Assembly: GCA_022567695.1 (NCBI GenBank)
Contig: JADFGN010000002.1
Span: forward strand, 1 to 43,152
Direction: 5' to 3'
Source of the DNA: Candidatus Poribacteria bacterium
GTDB taxonomy: Bacteria > Poribacteria > WGA-4E > PCPOR2b
DNA length: 43,152 nucleotides
Within the stretch, counting starts at the first letter, position 1; each line of letters starts with the position of its first letter. The notes under the pieces were generated by a model. That model did not search any database. It worked only from the letters and a program-made list of their open reading frames with translations, and was not told the origin of the DNA. This document shows, one piece after another, positions 17,515 through 27,338 of this stretch. The position numbers were made by a program, and so were the translations under genes.

Positions 17515-18711
17515 CTACCTATTTTCAAGTGTCGATTTATCCGCATCAATAGCGACTAGGGTTATATCATCGTCTTTTCCACTCCCGTCGTTAAACTGAT
17601 TGATAGCGTCAAGTACGCTATCAACAAGTACTCCGGTGCGTTCGTTAATCTGGTGAGTCAGGACGCTTTGAAGGCGATCGGTGCTAAATTCTTCTCCCTG
17701 TGGATTTTGAATCTCGTAAGCCCCGTCGGTATAGAGAAATAGACCGTTGAAGCGATCAAAGGGATAATGGTGTGTCTTGTAAACGGCGTTCGGTGTAATG
17801 CCCAAGCCCTTGCCAGTATCTTTATCTCCAATCGGTTCACACATCCCTTGACGACTATGAATGATAAACGGGAAAGGGTGTCCCGCGTTTGCGCAAGAAA
17901 GCGTTTCGTTAGGCAAATCAATCTCGGCATAAAACGCTGTCGTAAACATAAACAATTGAGAACTGATTAGCCTGTTAAAACGTGCATTCACCGTTTCAAG
18001 CAATTGCCCGGGGTCAGATATTTGACTTCTAATTTCTTCGACGACGGTTTTAATAAACACCGTGACGAAAGCAGCCGATACGCCATGCCCCATCACGTCG
18101 GAGATGAATACGCCTAATTTTCCCGGTTCAATTTCCCACAGATCGAAGAAATCTCCGCCGACATCTATTTCTGGAATGTAATGTGCGCTGACTCTAAATC
18201 CGGCTAAACTTGACAAATCTTGAGGAATCAGAATCTCCTGAATCTCGCGTGCCATCTGTAGTTCATTTACCAATCGGGCATTATGCACTTCGAGTTTTTG
18301 ATTGGCATCTTCGAGTGCATCACGATATTGTTTGATACGCAATAACGAACGCACACGCGCGAGGACTTCGTAGTGATCAAACGGCTTCGAGATAAAATCA
18401 TCCGCACCGACGCCAATGGCTTTAATCCGATCATCATCGCCTATCAGTGCAGTTACCATCACAACCGGTAGGAATCGCGTTGATTCATTCTCCCGAATCC
18501 ATTGGCACACTTTAAACCCATTCATCTCTGGCATCATCACATCAAGCAGAATCAAATCCGGTTTGCCAACCTTCACTTGCTCAATGGCTTCTTGACCATT
18601 AGTCGCCGTGAGAACGGTGTATCCTTCCGCTTGGAGCCGAATCTGAAGCAACCGTATGTTCATCGGTTCATCATCAACAACGAGAATCTTGGAACCGGGT
18701 TGGTTATTCAT
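17515..18711 (-). CDS. Response regulator with PP2C/SpoIIE phosphatase output (REC-SpoIIE)
   Basis: LLDVMMP receiver; VGGDFFD, SDVMGHG, NAGHP, YTDG and DDITL PP2C motifs. Confidence 0.93.
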   Translation of the reverse strand: MNNQPGSKILVVDDEPMNIRLLQIRLQAEGYTVLTATNGQEAIEQVKVGKPDLILLDVMMPEMNGFKVCQWIRENESTRFLPVVMVTALIGDDDRIKAIGVGADDFISKPFDHYEVLARVRSLLRIKQYRDALEDANQKLEVHNARLVNELQMAREIQEILIPQDLSSLAGFRVSAHYIPEIDVGGDFFDLWEIEPGKLGVFISDVMGHGVSAAFVTVFIKTVVEEIRSQISDPGQLLETVNARFNRLISSQLFMFTTAFYAEIDLPNETLSCANAGHPFPFIIHSRQGMCEPIGDKDTGKGLGITPNAVYKTHHYPFDRFNGLFLYTDGAYEIQNPQGEEFSTDRLQSVLTHQINERTGVLVDSVLDAINQFNDGSGKDDDITLVAIDADKSTLENR

Positions 18712-19093
18712 TATTTGCCAATCCTTTGGAAAGGTAATTTTCTACTAGCTCCGCAAGGAGGCGAGTGTTAATTGGCTTGCTGATATAATCATCACAGCCT
18801 GCCTTGAGAAACTGCTCTCGATCTCCTTTCATTGCGTGGGCCGTTAAAGCAATGATTGGCAGATGGCGCCATTGCGGAGTCCCTTTAATCTGCCGAGTCA
18901 ATTCCTCTCCACTCATTCCGGGAAGCGCAATATCCATCAAAATCAAATCCGGTATCTGCGCTTGCAGTATCTCTAACGCCTCTTCAGCATTTGTCGCTTC
19001 AAGCACGTTATACCCTTTTGACTTTAATACAATCCGTACAATTTTCCGATTCAGATCTTTGTCTTCGACCACTAAAACGCACTTGGCACTCAT
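18704..19093 (-). CDS. Single-domain response regulator (DivK/CheY-like)
   Basis: VVED, LMDIALP, ALTAHAMKGD and ISKP motifs; GAGGAGG RBS before ATG 19093. Confidence 0.92.
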   Translation of the reverse strand: MSAKCVLVVEDKDLNRKIVRIVLKSKGYNVLEATNAEEALEILQAQIPDLILMDIALPGMSGEELTRQIKGTPQWRHLPIIALTAHAMKGDREQFLKAGCDDYISKPINTRLLAELVENYLSKGLANNE

Positions 19094-19107
19094 AAGTGCA
19101 TCCCTCC

Positions 19108-22100
19108 TCATTGGTGTGATGCCCGAAAGCGCTCCATCGTTTTGATTGCTGCTAATAATTCTTCTTTGACATTACCTGTTTTTTGGATGACTGACTGAAT
19201 CTGTCCATTAAGTCCAGCCCGTTCCTCGTCACTAATATCCATCGCTGTGCAGATAATAATTGGAATATCACGAGTTTTGGCATCCTGTGTTAAGCGTCTA
19301 ATGACCTGAAATCCATCAATCTGAGGCATCATCAAGTCAAGAATAATCAAATCTGGCGTCTGAGAAATAGCGAGATCAATCGCCTCTTGTCCACCATAGG
19401 CTTGTAGCACTCTGTATCCCTCGCTTGTCAGCACCGTGGACAAAAATCTAACGGTCTGCCGGTCGTCATCAACGACAAGAAGTTGGGGCGGCGTATCATG
19501 CTGAGAAAGTCGCAGAGATTTCAGTGAAGCAAGAAGCGTTTCCTTATCGACGGGTTTGACCAAGTGATCAACTGCTCCCAGACCAAATGTCAGTTGACTG
19601 TCCTCCGTCACCGAAACGATGATGACAGGAATGGATTGAAGATTTGGACTCGTTTTTAGGGCTTTAAGAACTTCCCACCCATCCTTTTTCGGCAACAGGA
19701 TATCAAGGGTCATGGCGAACGGCTGAATTTCTGTCGCTTTAGCGATCGCCTCCTCACCATCTTTGGCATACTCAACGTGATAGCCCGCCTCCGTCAGATA
19801 GATTCCCAAAAGTTGCGCGGCTTGTTCATCATCTTCGGCAACTAAGATGGTGTGGTTATATTCCACTTCAGATGGCGAAATCGAGGGCGTAGTTGTCTCA
19901 ATCGCGGTTCCATGCCGGGAGTCTGTGTCGTGAATCTGCGGTGCCTTATCGGGTTGATGCAACGGAAGGGTAAACCAAAAGGTACTTCCTTTTCCATACT
20001 CACTCTCGACCCAAATCTCTCCGCCATGTAATGCAATCAGTCTATTGGTCAATGCCAATCCTAAGCCCGTTCCCTCATATTCTCGTGACTTTGAAGCATC
20101 AAGTTGTGTAAACGGTTGAAACAGCTTCTCCTTATCCTCCGGCTTAATTCCGATACCTGTGTCTGTGACACGCACTAGCAGGTTGTTCTCGGAAACACAG
20201 AATTCTGTGGTCACCTTTCCACCTTCGGGAGTGAACTTGACGGCGTTGGCGAGCAGATTGTAAAAAATCTGCTTGAATTTGACCTTATCCGCTTGTATTG
20301 TCACATCTTGATCAAATTCCAGAAAAGGTTGAATCTGCTTCTTGTTCGACATTCCTTGGATGACGGTATTGACCTCTTCGATACTTTCGAGGACGGAGAA
20401 ATCATCAAGTTGTAAGTCTATCTTGCCAGCTTCGATTTTTGCCAAATCGAGGATGGCGTTAATCAGCCGGAGCAGATGTGTTCCACTGGTGTGGATATCA
20501 ATGGCCAGCTCTTTCTGTTCGTCGCTAATAGACCCAAGGATTTCATCTCGTAAGATCTCTGAGAATCCAATAATCGCGTTTAATGGCGTGCGGAGTTCAT
20601 GGCTCATATTAGCGAGAAATTCGCTTTTCGTGCGATTGGCGTACTCAGCACTTTCTTTGGCTTCTTGTAATGCCGCCTCTGCTCGTACCCGCTCGGTGAT
20701 TTCCCTTTCCAGTTCGGTATTAGAACGTGCGAGTTCTTCAGCATGCCGTGCGAGTTCCTCTTCAGCTTGCTTGTGTTGGGTGATGTCCCTAGAGACACCA
20801 AAGGTACCGACGATTTGACCATTCCTGTCGCGAAGAGGTAACTTTGTTGTTGAAACCCACGTCTCTCTCCCATCCGGCCACGTTTCCTTTTCCTCCTTGC
20901 TTACCAAAGATAGCCCAGATTTCATGACTTCCTTCTCATCTTCAAATGCACTTTGTGCATGTTCTTCCGTAAAAAAGTCAAAATCTGTCTTGCCGATTGC
21001 CTCCTTGGGATGACTTAACCCGAACCATTCCGCCATTGCCTCATTAATTCTAATAAACTGGCTCTCTGTATCTTTAAAGTAAATGTTATCTGGCATATTC
21101 GCCATAAGCGTGCTGAGTCGGTATTGTTCTTGAGCCAGTGCTTCCTCCGTTCGTTTTTGCTCAGTGATGTCTTCGGAAATTCCAGCAATTCGATAGACTT
21201 TTCCCGCCTCGTTATGAATGGGAAAGGCGCGAGTTCGGATCCAGCGTATCGACTCATCGAGCCGTATAATTCGATATTCCTCATCGAATTCACCGGCGAT
21301 CTGTTTCGGCATTGCAGCAATGACCCGACTGCGATCTTCGGGGTGAATGCTGTCTACAAATAATTGCGGTTGCTCATAAAGGCTCTTGCGCGTTGCTCCC
21401 CATACCTCCTCATAGATCGGGCTGACATAGATCATTTCAGTCTTCTCGGGATTCGTCATCCAGAAAACTTGATCGATGCTTTCCGCTAACTGACGAAAGC
21501 GTTCTTCGCTTTCTCGAAGTGCTTTCTCTGCTTGTTCTTGCGCTTCTATTTTATTTTGTAAATTAGCTGTCTTTTCCGCAATTTGACTCTCTAACTCATC
21601 CGTCTGAATAATAATTCTCCCCGTCAGCGGGCGAAGCAGGAGCACCATGCCACACGTACTAAGCAGTGTCAGGCCAATAATAACACTTCCAATGGTAACG
21701 ACCTGTCGGTTGATGGGTCCATAAAGCTCCCTTTCGTCCATCTTAGCGAGCACCCCCCATTTGGTATCTCCGACTGGACCATACGCAATCACAACAGGAT
21801 TACCGAATAAGTTAGAGGGAGACCTCAGTCCAAATACACCCCTTGAAGCGTCCTTGAGGGTCATCCCAATCGGAGAATCCTTTGGTATATTATCGGGAGC
21901 CCTATCCCCACTTTTTCGTAAGGGAAAGAATATCTCGACCCCATCCTCTTTGAACTGTCCTAAAATAATCTCTTCCGTCTCTCCCAAACCAGCGTAATCT
22001 TGCACAAGACTTTTCAATCTTGACATCTTAAATAAAACAATGTCAGTTCCAACCCGCTGCTTCTGCCGTCCAGTAATTGGCGCACTCACAGCAATATAGG

Positions 22101-22572
22101 ATTCATTATCCATGGAGATCGGACCATGAATAATGACATTTGGGAATTCCGCGGCATGGAGGGGCCACTTCTGATCCGGTATGGGCAAGCCAACATGGAC
22201 GACAGATTTGCCTTTTGCATCTAGCCGCACAATCCCAGCAACGACTTGAGATTTATCCATTGCCTCGATTAATATATCTCGGCAAAAATTCACCAAAGTC
22301 TCTAAGTCTACAGTTCCTTCGTTGTATGCCTCAAGTTCTTCACGAGCTTTGGTGCGGGCAGTAATTTGTAGCGCAATATCTTTGACGCGAGAAAGGTACT
22401 CTTCAACTGCCACTGTTTTGGTTTTCATGGAGTGAAACAGATTGCGCCCTACCTCCTCTTTTAGGTGACTGTATAGCGGGATTATACTTGCCAAGAATAC
22501 AATCAACCCTATCACGAAAATGCCCAGCGCAGAATAAACAATAATCCATTTCTGTAGCCTCTTGGAATCCAT
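19108..22572 (-). CDS. Hybrid sensor histidine kinase (TM-Cache-like-TM-PAS-PAS-HisKA-HATPase-REC-REC)
   Basis: Two TM helices; PAS/PAC motifs (IHPEDR, EDITE, RDITQ); H-box SHELRTPL; NAVKFT, DTGIG and GTGLGL; two receiver domains. Confidence 0.94.
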   Translation of the reverse strand: MDSKRLQKWIIVYSALGIFVIGLIVFLASIIPLYSHLKEEVGRNLFHSMKTKTVAVEEYLSRVKDIALQITARTKAREELEAYNEGTVDLETLVNFCRDILIEAMDKSQVVAGIVRLDAKGKSVVHVGLPIPDQKWPLHAAEFPNVIIHGPISMDNESYIAVSAPITGRQKQRVGTDIVLFKMSRLKSLVQDYAGLGETEEIILGQFKEDGVEIFFPLRKSGDRAPDNIPKDSPIGMTLKDASRGVFGLRSPSNLFGNPVVIAYGPVGDTKWGVLAKMDERELYGPINRQVVTIGSVIIGLTLLSTCGMVLLLRPLTGRIIIQTDELESQIAEKTANLQNKIEAQEQAEKALRESEERFRQLAESIDQVFWMTNPEKTEMIYVSPIYEEVWGATRKSLYEQPQLFVDSIHPEDRSRVIAAMPKQIAGEFDEEYRIIRLDESIRWIRTRAFPIHNEAGKVYRIAGISEDITEQKRTEEALAQEQYRLSTLMANMPDNIYFKDTESQFIRINEAMAEWFGLSHPKEAIGKTDFDFFTEEHAQSAFEDEKEVMKSGLSLVSKEEKETWPDGRETWVSTTKLPLRDRNGQIVGTFGVSRDITQHKQAEEELARHAEELARSNTELEREITERVRAEAALQEAKESAEYANRTKSEFLANMSHELRTPLNAIIGFSEILRDEILGSISDEQKELAIDIHTSGTHLLRLINAILDLAKIEAGKIDLQLDDFSVLESIEEVNTVIQGMSNKKQIQPFLEFDQDVTIQADKVKFKQIFYNLLANAVKFTPEGGKVTTEFCVSENNLLVRVTDTGIGIKPEDKEKLFQPFTQLDASKSREYEGTGLGLALTNRLIALHGGEIWVESEYGKGSTFWFTLPLHQPDKAPQIHDTDSRHGTAIETTTPSISPSEVEYNHTILVAEDDEQAAQLLGIYLTEAGYHVEYAKDGEEAIAKATEIQPFAMTLDILLPKKDGWEVLKALKTSPNLQSIPVIIVSVTEDSQLTFGLGAVDHLVKPVDKETLLASLKSLRLSQHDTPPQLLVVDDDRQTVRFLSTVLTSEGYRVLQAYGGQEAIDLAISQTPDLIILDLMMPQIDGFQVIRRLTQDAKTRDIPIIICTAMDISDEERAGLNGQIQSVIQKTGNVKEELLAAIKTMERFRASHQ

Positions 22573-22791
22573 AACTCAACCTCGATTCAACAAACCGTAG
22601 CATCGATTTAGATGCCATCATATTTTCAATAGAGTCAGCATTTGCAGAAATACATCGAGCCGATTGTAGGGGTGGAATCTCGTTCCGATGGGGTTTCCCT
22701 TGCGCATTATCTTACTCAAGTTGCTACCTATTGAAAAAGAACCCAAACTGATGTGACAAACCGTCATATAACTAAATTCTTCGATTCGTTG

Positions 22792-24627
22792 TCATGTTTT
22801 CTCTTCATCACAACTTGGGTTATCTTCTACTTTTTTTACCACCATTAGTGTCAAATCGTCAGACGGTAGGGCTTCGCCCTGAAATGCAATCACGGAATTG
22901 TAAATTTCTGTACAGATTTCGCTTGCATTTGCATGTCGAAGTTGCTTCGCGAGTTCCTCTAAGCGCTCTTCTCCATATACTTCATTATCAATATTCAATG
23001 CTTCGGTTACACCGTCGGTATAGAACAAAATCGTGTCTCCATCGAGAAGTTGCGTAGTCTCTTGTTCATATTCCACAATCTGACCAACCATATCGTTGGG
23101 ATACATGCCTATCACCAAGCCACCTTTCTCCAGCTCCCTTAAGTTGCCATCATGTCGGATCAGCAGTGGAAAATTGTGTCCCGCATTGATCGAGGTCAGC
23201 ATATCTGTATCTGGATGCAGATGCGCGTAGAAAAGTGTGGCATATTTATCGGTTGTGCTATTTTCATAGAGCAGAGAATTGAGAGCCATCACCATCGCCG
23301 GCAGATTGTTTTGTCTTGCGACCTCTGAGCGCAAACCCGTCCAAAGCATTACCATGAGTAGCGCCGCTTGCATCCCTTTTCCCGACACATCGGCAATTGC
23401 AAATCCCCAAGAACCATCTGGTTTAGGAATATAATCGAAGAAGTCTCCTCCAACGCCATCGTGCCCTGGTATGCTCAATCCGGCCACCTCATATCCCGGA
23501 ATTTCCGGTGAACTATCGGGAAGCAGGTTTTCCTGGATTTTGGCTGCTTCCTCCATTTCCGCTTGTAATCGACGCCGCTCAATCGCTTCCCGGTAAAGTC
23601 GTGCATTCTCTATGGCAACACCCGCTTGAGTGGCAAAAGATTCGAGCAAAATCTGATCTTCGGCGGTAAAGTCTAGTGTGATACGCCCCCTACCTTGTTT
23701 ATCGCATACAACCAATACGCCCAGAATTTCGCGCCCGAAAATTGGAACGGCCATGAGATTCTTGTTGCCAAACAGCACGATTGCCTTTTCATCGCTATAC
23801 ATGCACGTTTTACCCTCTTTTGCCACTTCACGAATCATGGAAAATATCGGCGGAATTTTTTCATGAGTTCTGAGAGGAATCGAGAGATCTTCTAGCTCAG
23901 GAGGGAGTTGTGAATCAAAAGGGAAATGGCATGTTATCTCAAGCCTTCGTGTGAAGGGATCGATAAGCATGAGATACCCTGCACTTGCATCCAAAAGACT
24001 GATAGCATGGCTCATCACCTCTTCCTCCAAACTTTCGGTGTCTAATTGCTTGCTAATTTGCGCTGTCATATCGGAGAGCAGGAAGAGGCGGAACTTGGCG
24101 GCACGCATCTCTTCGATTAAGCATGAATGGGCAATCACAATCGAGGTTTGGCTGGCGAGTACATTTAATAATTCGCGTTCCCATTTTTCCATTTCAACGT
24201 CTGAACTAAGACTGATGATGCCGAAAAATTGCTTGCGAATTTTTAACGGTGCCCAAAGGGTTGCATCAAGGGCTTGCAACTGCGGCTGAATTTCATCGAA
24301 AAATGGCTTGAGAGAAACGGGAGGCTGAGATAGGTCGAGAATCGAGGATTGTAGTATGATTGCAATCTCATGCGAGGAAATTGGAATGACCACAGATTTC
24401 TTTTTGAGACTGATCGACGATTCGACAACAAGCTGATTTTCTATCGAATCGAAGCGTAAAATTGCCCCTTTAGTTATCCGCAATGTTTTGAGGATGACCT
24501 GTAGATATGCTTGACCTGACATACCAAAGTTACTTTGACCAGCAATGATGGCTCCACTAAGCTGCTCAAGCTCTGATAGGCTCTGAATCAATCGTTGCAT
24601 AAGTTTTTCATCAGAAGCAGGTTGCAT
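22792..24627 (-). CDS. GAF-GAF-SpoIIE PP2C phosphatase (RsbU-like)
   Basis: Two GAF regions ending LASQTSIVI and FATQAGVAIENARL; VGGDFFD, ADVSGKG, NAGH, YTDG and DDLT motifs. Confidence 0.9.
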   Translation of the reverse strand: MQPASDEKLMQRLIQSLSELEQLSGAIIAGQSNFGMSGQAYLQVILKTLRITKGAILRFDSIENQLVVESSISLKKKSVVIPISSHEIAIILQSSILDLSQPPVSLKPFFDEIQPQLQALDATLWAPLKIRKQFFGIISLSSDVEMEKWERELLNVLASQTSIVIAHSCLIEEMRAAKFRLFLLSDMTAQISKQLDTESLEEEVMSHAISLLDASAGYLMLIDPFTRRLEITCHFPFDSQLPPELEDLSIPLRTHEKIPPIFSMIREVAKEGKTCMYSDEKAIVLFGNKNLMAVPIFGREILGVLVVCDKQGRGRITLDFTAEDQILLESFATQAGVAIENARLYREAIERRRLQAEMEEAAKIQENLLPDSSPEIPGYEVAGLSIPGHDGVGGDFFDYIPKPDGSWGFAIADVSGKGMQAALLMVMLWTGLRSEVARQNNLPAMVMALNSLLYENSTTDKYATLFYAHLHPDTDMLTSINAGHNFPLLIRHDGNLRELEKGGLVIGMYPNDMVGQIVEYEQETTQLLDGDTILFYTDGVTEALNIDNEVYGEERLEELAKQLRHANASEICTEIYNSVIAFQGEALPSDDLTLMVVKKVEDNPSCDEEKT

Positions 24628-24710
24628 CTGAAACCTCAATCCTGTTTGGAAATTTGGTTGTCAGGTTAGGGATGGTTACAATTCGATTGACGCCTTGACA
24701 ATTTGATGAG

Positions 24711-25064
24711 TCAATCGGCCGCCGCTGTAAATGCCGTAATCACTTCATCTTCACTGTCGAAATGTTCAAAAGTGGTGATTAACCGACTTCTGATAATGAG
24801 GTTTTTTATATTAGTGCCAACGTTGATGATACCGATTCGTCCACCCTGGCGTGCGATGGAAAGGTGTGTTGCCATCATCGTGCCAAGTCCGGAACTATCC
24901 ATTGCCGAAACATCGGCGAAATCAAATAACAATTTGACGCCTTCCGAAGCGTTGGCAAGTTGACTATCAATCGCCTTTCTAAGTGTACCACTTGCGGATG
25001 CGATGATTCTGCCGCTAAGTTCCATAATAATGACGCCGTCTCTTTCACGCACATTGCATTCCAT
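24711..25064 (-). CDS. STAS-domain anti-sigma factor antagonist
   Basis: FDFADVSAMDSSGLG motif; AGGAGG RBS before ATG 25064. Confidence 0.9.
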   Translation of the reverse strand: MECNVRERDGVIIMELSGRIIASASGTLRKAIDSQLANASEGVKLLFDFADVSAMDSSGLGTMMATHLSIARQGGRIGIINVGTNIKNLIIRSRLITTFEHFDSEDEVITAFTAAAD

Positions 25065-25147
25065 GATTTCCTCCTGAAGTAGATTCTCGGAATTCATTCT
25101 TGCGGGCAACTTGATAAAGACAAACCGCTGGTTCGCTCTGCATTTTT

Positions 25148-25176
25148 ATTCTAAACGATCTACAAGGTTTTGTCAA
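25148..25176 (-). promoter_or_regulatory. Sigma70-type promoter for the STAS-PP2C block
   Basis: Minus strand TTGACA-N17-TAGAAT. Confidence 0.65.
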
Positions 25177-25310
25177 GTCTTCAAAAATTATATCGCACCG
25201 AAGCCGAGCAATTTCTGTGGAATTATGCCAAGCATCTGATTGAAGTTGTCAAACAATGATAGAGAATTGACAGACCGCCGAGTCCATAAAAGACAGCCGT
25301 CAATTTATCG

Positions 25311-25339
25311 TTGACTGCCTTGAGTAAAGACGTTATAAT
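25311..25339 (+). promoter_or_regulatory. Sigma70-type promoter for the acyl-CoA ligase
   Basis: TTGACT-N17-TATAAT. Confidence 0.7.
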
Positions 25340-25411
25340 CTCAGGTAATCTGTGGAGAAAATTTATCGTAATTCGTAACCATAACTTTTCACGGAGTAAG
25401 GAAAATAGGTC

Positions 25412-27202
25412 ATGCAAGAATTTACAATCAACGAAATGTTTAAAAATTCAGTCCAAAAGTACGCATCCAAAGCTGCATTATCCAGCAAAATCGACGGCAG
25501 TTATCAGGACATCTCTTACGACGAGTTGGATAATCGGGTGAAGTATTTCTGCTTGGGATTAATCGAACTTGGGCTGAGAAAAGGTGACCGCGTTGCGTTG
25601 CTGTCCGAAAATCGTCCGGAGTGGGCCATAAGCGATCTCGCCATCCTTGCCGCAGGAGGCGTGAACGTTCCCATGTTCTGGACGTTAACTCCCGCCCAAG
25701 TTGAATACATCTTGAGAGATTCCGCTGCTAAAATAATTTGTGTATCAAATAAAGGACAGTTGCAAAAGGTTGAAGCCTTCAGAGCGAATGTATCCAGTTT
25801 GGAACGAGTTATTACCTTTGATGCGATCGACTCTAAGGCTGATGATTCGGTTGTCACTTTTGAAGATGTCTGCGAACTGGGGAAAAAGGTAGATGATGGC
25901 GATCGAGTTTGCCAAGAAGTCAACGATAGTATAGCTCCGAGCGACTTTGCAACGCTTATTTACACCTCTGGAACGACGGGCGATCCAAAAGGGGTCGTGC
26001 TGACTCACAGTAATCTGATGTCAAATGCACAAACCTGTACCGAGATTCTCGGCGTCACCCATGAGGACGTTTTCTTATCCTTCTTACCCCTTTCACATGT
26101 GTTCGAGCGCATGGCAGGGCACTACCTGCCGCTGGCTTGCGGCTCAACAGTTGCGTATGCAGAAAGCCCATTTACAGTTGCCAAGAACATGCAGGAGGTT
26201 CGTCCGACTGTTATGGCGAGCGTGCCACGTCTCTATGAGACGATGCACGAGAGAATTCTCCGCTCTGTTCGAGAAGGGTCGTCGCTCCGTCAGAAAATCT
26301 TTCATTGGAGCATCGGTGTCGGCGAAAAGGTAAGTCAAGCCATACAGAAGAAAAGCAAGCCGTCGGCGATCTTAAGCATGAAAGCTAAACTTGCGGACAA
26401 ATTGGTGTTGAACAAGATCAAAGCCGCAACAGGTGGACGCCTGCGTTTTTTCGTTGCAGGAGGTGCTGCGCTACCCAAATCGCTCGCGGAATTTTTCCAT
26501 GCCGCTGGCCTCATAATCCTCGAAGGATACGGCTTGACGGAGACCTCACCGGTGATCAGCGTGAATCGGCCGGATAAATGGAGGTTTGGCACGGTGGGTC
26601 CACCGATTCCGGGCGTCGAAGTCAAAATTGCAGAAGATGGGGAAATCCTATCGCGGGGTCCGCATATCATGAAAGGCTATTTCAACAAACCGGAAGATAC
26701 AGCGGAAGTCATTGATTCAGAGGGATGGTTTCATACTGGCGATATCGGGCTAATTGATGAAGATGGCTTTTTGAAGATTACCGATCGGAAGAAGAACATC
26801 ATTGTGTTGTCCAACGGGAAAAACGTTGCTCCACAGCCGATCGAAAGCCAGCTTGTACAAAGTCCATACGTCAGCCAAGTGATGTTGGTCGGTGATAAAC
26901 GCAAAAGTATCGCTGCGCTTATTGTGCCAAATTTTGACGCGCTCAAAGGGTACGCCAAAGAGCAGAAGATTGATGCCGAAGACATCTCGACGCTAGTTGA
27001 GACCAAGGAAATCCGTCAATTCATCCGTCAGGAAGTGAATCGCCTTTTAGTCGATTTCGCTGATTTCGAGCGGGTTAAAATGTTTACGTTGCTCGATCAG
27101 GAGTTCACTCAGGAAAATGATGAGATGACGCCGACTCTCAAGCTCAAGCGCCGAGTGATTCTGGAGCGTTACAAAGATCGGATTGAGAAGATGTATGGTT
27201 GA
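25412..27202 (+). CDS. fadD: Long-chain fatty acid--CoA ligase
   Basis: YTSGTTGDPKG AMP-binding motif; EGYGLTE, GWFHTGDIG, ITDRKK and TPTLKLKR motifs. Confidence 0.93.
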   Translation: MQEFTINEMFKNSVQKYASKAALSSKIDGSYQDISYDELDNRVKYFCLGLIELGLRKGDRVALLSENRPEWAISDLAILAAGGVNVPMFWTLTPAQVEYILRDSAAKIICVSNKGQLQKVEAFRANVSSLERVITFDAIDSKADDSVVTFEDVCELGKKVDDGDRVCQEVNDSIAPSDFATLIYTSGTTGDPKGVVLTHSNLMSNAQTCTEILGVTHEDVFLSFLPLSHVFERMAGHYLPLACGSTVAYAESPFTVAKNMQEVRPTVMASVPRLYETMHERILRSVREGSSLRQKIFHWSIGVGEKVSQAIQKKSKPSAILSMKAKLADKLVLNKIKAATGGRLRFFVAGGAALPKSLAEFFHAAGLIILEGYGLTETSPVISVNRPDKWRFGTVGPPIPGVEVKIAEDGEILSRGPHIMKGYFNKPEDTAEVIDSEGWFHTGDIGLIDEDGFLKITDRKKNIIVLSNGKNVAPQPIESQLVQSPYVSQVMLVGDKRKSIAALIVPNFDALKGYAKEQKIDAEDISTLVETKEIRQFIRQEVNRLLVDFADFERVKMFTLLDQEFTQENDEMTPTLKLKRRVILERYKDRIEKMYG

Positions 27203-27338
27203 GGTTGGGTCGGTGGAAAGATCTACCGATTACCGCAAGTAATCAGTCTGTTAGCTGAGTGCATGTATCTTCTCCTTTTGAGGCGCGAAAGCCATTCGAT
27301 TTGAATCATCTGAATAAACCGAAACACGAGAGGGAACC

